Of a stretch of 64,000 bases of DNA, positions 62,060 through 64,000 are shown piece after piece (within the stretch, counting starts at the first letter, position 1; each line of letters opens with the position of its first letter). The position numbers and the translations under genes are program-made. Location: assembly GCA_963666275.2 (NCBI GenBank), contig CAXXOA010000003.1, forward strand, positions 64,001 to 128,000. The letters are read 5' to 3'. Source of the stretch: Oceanispirochaeta sp. (GTDB lineage: Bacteria > Spirochaetota > Spirochaetia > DSM-2461). The notes below the pieces were generated by a model. That model saw only the letters and a program-made list of their open reading frames with translations. It was not told the DNA's origin and made no database searches.

Positions 62060-62491
62060 CTATTTCAATGCGCCTTTGAGGGCTTCAATCTTCTCAGGAT
62101 ACTCCGAATCTTTCAGGTAGACTTTTTCTTCAGGCATCATATCGAAGATATCACCCCATTTTGTTTTATCCCTGTATTTGGGAACAATATGGAAGTGGAT
62201 ATGGGGGCCTTTGTCACCAAAGGAGGCATAATTCAGTTTATCCGGCTGAAAGACCTCCTGAACAGCTCCTGAGGCCCTGGCAAGGTCGCCCATCAGGGCT
62301 GTCTGTTCTTCCGGTGTCAGCTGGAAAATCTCTCCTTTATGGCTCTTGTTGAACGCCAGGATGCAGCGTCCGGGATGGGTCTGTTCTCTGAAAAAATAGA
62401 GAGTGGAAACCTGAAGGTCCGCCACTTTGATCATAAGGTTATCTACCCTTTCATCCAGGGCGCAGTACATGCAGTTGGGATCTTTGCTCAT
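62060..62491 (-). CDS. HIT family protein
   Basis: CMYC, HPG, HIHFHIVP histidine triad. Confidence 0.88.
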   Translation of the reverse strand: MSKDPNCMYCALDERVDNLMIKVADLQVSTLYFFREQTHPGRCILAFNKSHKGEIFQLTPEEQTALMGDLARASGAVQEVFQPDKLNYASFGDKGPHIHFHIVPKYRDKTKWGDIFDMMPEEKVYLKDSEYPEKIEALKGALK

Positions 62492-62568
62492 AAGTCATCT
62501 TCTCCTTGTAATAATATCAGAATATCATACAAAACAGGAGAAGCAAACTTATTTTTACACTCTTTCCC

Positions 62569-63582
62569 TCAGGTGGATTCCCGTAAAATCATTCCCGTGG
62601 GGATTCGGATCTCCCTGTAGCTTCCTGTCTCTCCGTTGATCCGCTTGAGAAGAGTCGTGGCCACAGCCTCTCCTATACCGTATTTATCCTGACTTATGGA
62701 GGTGATGGATGTCCGGGGGGTGGTCAGCCAGAAGGTTTCATCAAAAGTGATAAAGGCCAGCTCTTCGGGAACCTGGATATCTTTCTGTTTTACATAGTTT
62801 TCCGCTCCCACCGCGGAGATAGAGTTGCCGCAGAACAGGGCTGTTACCTTTTTCTCTTCCACCAGATACCGGGCGGATTTATAGCCGTCGCCCGTCTTCT
62901 GATCGTACATGGACAAAGGAGCTCCCGATCCGAAACGGACAAGGGTGGGATCAAAGGCTATCCCATTATTTTCCAGAGCCGATTTGTAGCCCTGCAGTCT
63001 CTCTTCAATAGTCAGGTCCATGCGGGATCCGATGAAACCGATCCTCCGGTGGCCCTTGGTTATAAGAAGCTCCGTTCCCTTCATGGCCCCCTCGTGATTT
63101 TCCGACAGGATATAATCCTTTTCGAATCCCACCGGCTGCCTGTCAAAGAATACGGTCGGGCATTTATCGCCTATAAGATCGTTCATATAGGAGCAGTCAT
63201 TATTGACCGGAGCGATAATCAGGCCGTCCACATTCTGAATCAGGAGTTCGCTTATATTTTCCCTTTCCAGGTCCTGATCCTCGTCGGAGTTAATGTAAAT
63301 GAGGTGATAGCCGTTTTTACGTAGAATTTTATCAATGATAATGACCGAAATATCAAGAAAAAAGTAGTCTGACAAATTGGATACCACATAACCGATCGTT
63401 CTGGATGAACCGGTTCTGAGGGTTCTTGCAGCGCTGTGTACGTTGTAGTTCAGTCTCTCGATTGCCTGAAGAACTTTTTCTTTTGTCTCGGGTTTCACAT
63501 TTCTTGTCCCGTTAATCACATGGGACACAGTCGCTGTGGAAACTTCAGCCAACCGGGCGACATCTTTCATGGATGCACCCAT
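62569..63582 (-). CDS. LacI-family regulator (paralog of 50977-51987)
   Basis: MKDVARLAEVSTATVSHVIN; shares KCP.VFFDR and FW motifs with the other LacI. Confidence 0.92.
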   Translation of the reverse strand: MGASMKDVARLAEVSTATVSHVINGTRNVKPETKEKVLQAIERLNYNVHSAARTLRTGSSRTIGYVVSNLSDYFFLDISVIIIDKILRKNGYHLIYINSDEDQDLERENISELLIQNVDGLIIAPVNNDCSYMNDLIGDKCPTVFFDRQPVGFEKDYILSENHEGAMKGTELLITKGHRRIGFIGSRMDLTIEERLQGYKSALENNGIAFDPTLVRFGSGAPLSMYDQKTGDGYKSARYLVEEKKVTALFCGNSISAVGAENYVKQKDIQVPEELAFITFDETFWLTTPRTSITSISQDKYGIGEAVATTLLKRINGETGSYREIRIPTGMILREST

Positions 63583-63703
63583 TTTTTTAAATTACTCCTG
63601 AATCAGGTTTTAAAGATGAGATTATTTTAGACCTATCTCCCGTGTTTAGCAATGGTACAGTTTTCCTGAGGTTGAAGGATGCCCCCCTTCCGGGGGGAGG
63701 ATG

Positions 63704-64000
63704 TTAAACTTTGAATTCTCCTATTACCTGTTCCATATTTCCTATATTCCGGCTTGTTTCCTCTGCCAGGGACGAAACAGTCTGGGCCGATGCATTTATC
63801 TGGCCCGCACCGGACGCCATTTCATCCATACTGCTCCTGAGGAGTTCGGTGATTCCGTTAAGATCATTCATGGCCAGGGCGGTTTTTCTGGTCTCTTCCT
63901 TCATCCTTTCGGAATTTTCCCTGACGCTGGAGCCGGATTCATTCATTAGCCTGATAGCTTCCAGGATCTGCCGGGAACCCTCTTTCTGTTCATTCATTGC
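63704..64000 (-). CDS. C-terminal end of a methyl-accepting chemotaxis protein (5' part outside the window)
   Basis: EQKEGSRQILEAI..EMASGAGQIN..FKV coiled-coil end typical of MCPs. Confidence 0.75.
   Translation of the reverse strand, partial: AMNEQKEGSRQILEAIRLMNESGSSVRENSERMKEETRKTALAMNDLNGITELLRSSMDEMASGAGQINASAQTVSSLAEETSRNIGNMEQVIGEFKV

Overview
A gene-dense bacterial chromosomal segment with about 52 CDSs. I infer a free-living, probably anaerobic spirochete (Spirochaetaceae-like) from the 'A(N/E)GQ/AEGS'-type signal peptides on solute-binding proteins, several MCPs and the HTH_17/EIIA/antiporter module; this is not proven. I found no rRNA, tRNA, CRISPR array, integrase or transposase. 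Contents in order: a sigma54-driven esterase-TctCBA operon with a divergent PrpR-like activator; a CdaR-associated glucarate/galactarate cluster (DHDPS-family lyase, GarR, two GudD-like enzymes, TctCBA, GarD); MarR, an aminotransferase, an MCP with a periplasmic CZB domain, an FHA-LuxR fusion, a protein with two FMN-binding domains, MATE, Nudix and VapBC; psuK-psuG followed by a lone DMSO-reductase-family Mo enzyme; four c-di-GMP enzymes; a NorR-like GAF sigma54 activator divergent from dps-peroxiredoxin; FabF and a CoA-disulfide reductase-rhodanese; HTH_17/EIIA/CPA-CBS; a LacI-controlled polyol/sugar ABC operon; ArsR/thioredoxin, ldhA, HIT, LacI and a partial MCP. The best candidate for an undescribed system is the NorR-like sensor with a consensus -24/-12 promoter and three repeated enhancer-like boxes, apparently controlling Dps plus peroxiredoxin rather than an NO reductase. 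Many candidate operators can be read directly in the intergenic DNA. All functional calls come from motif recognition, not database searches.
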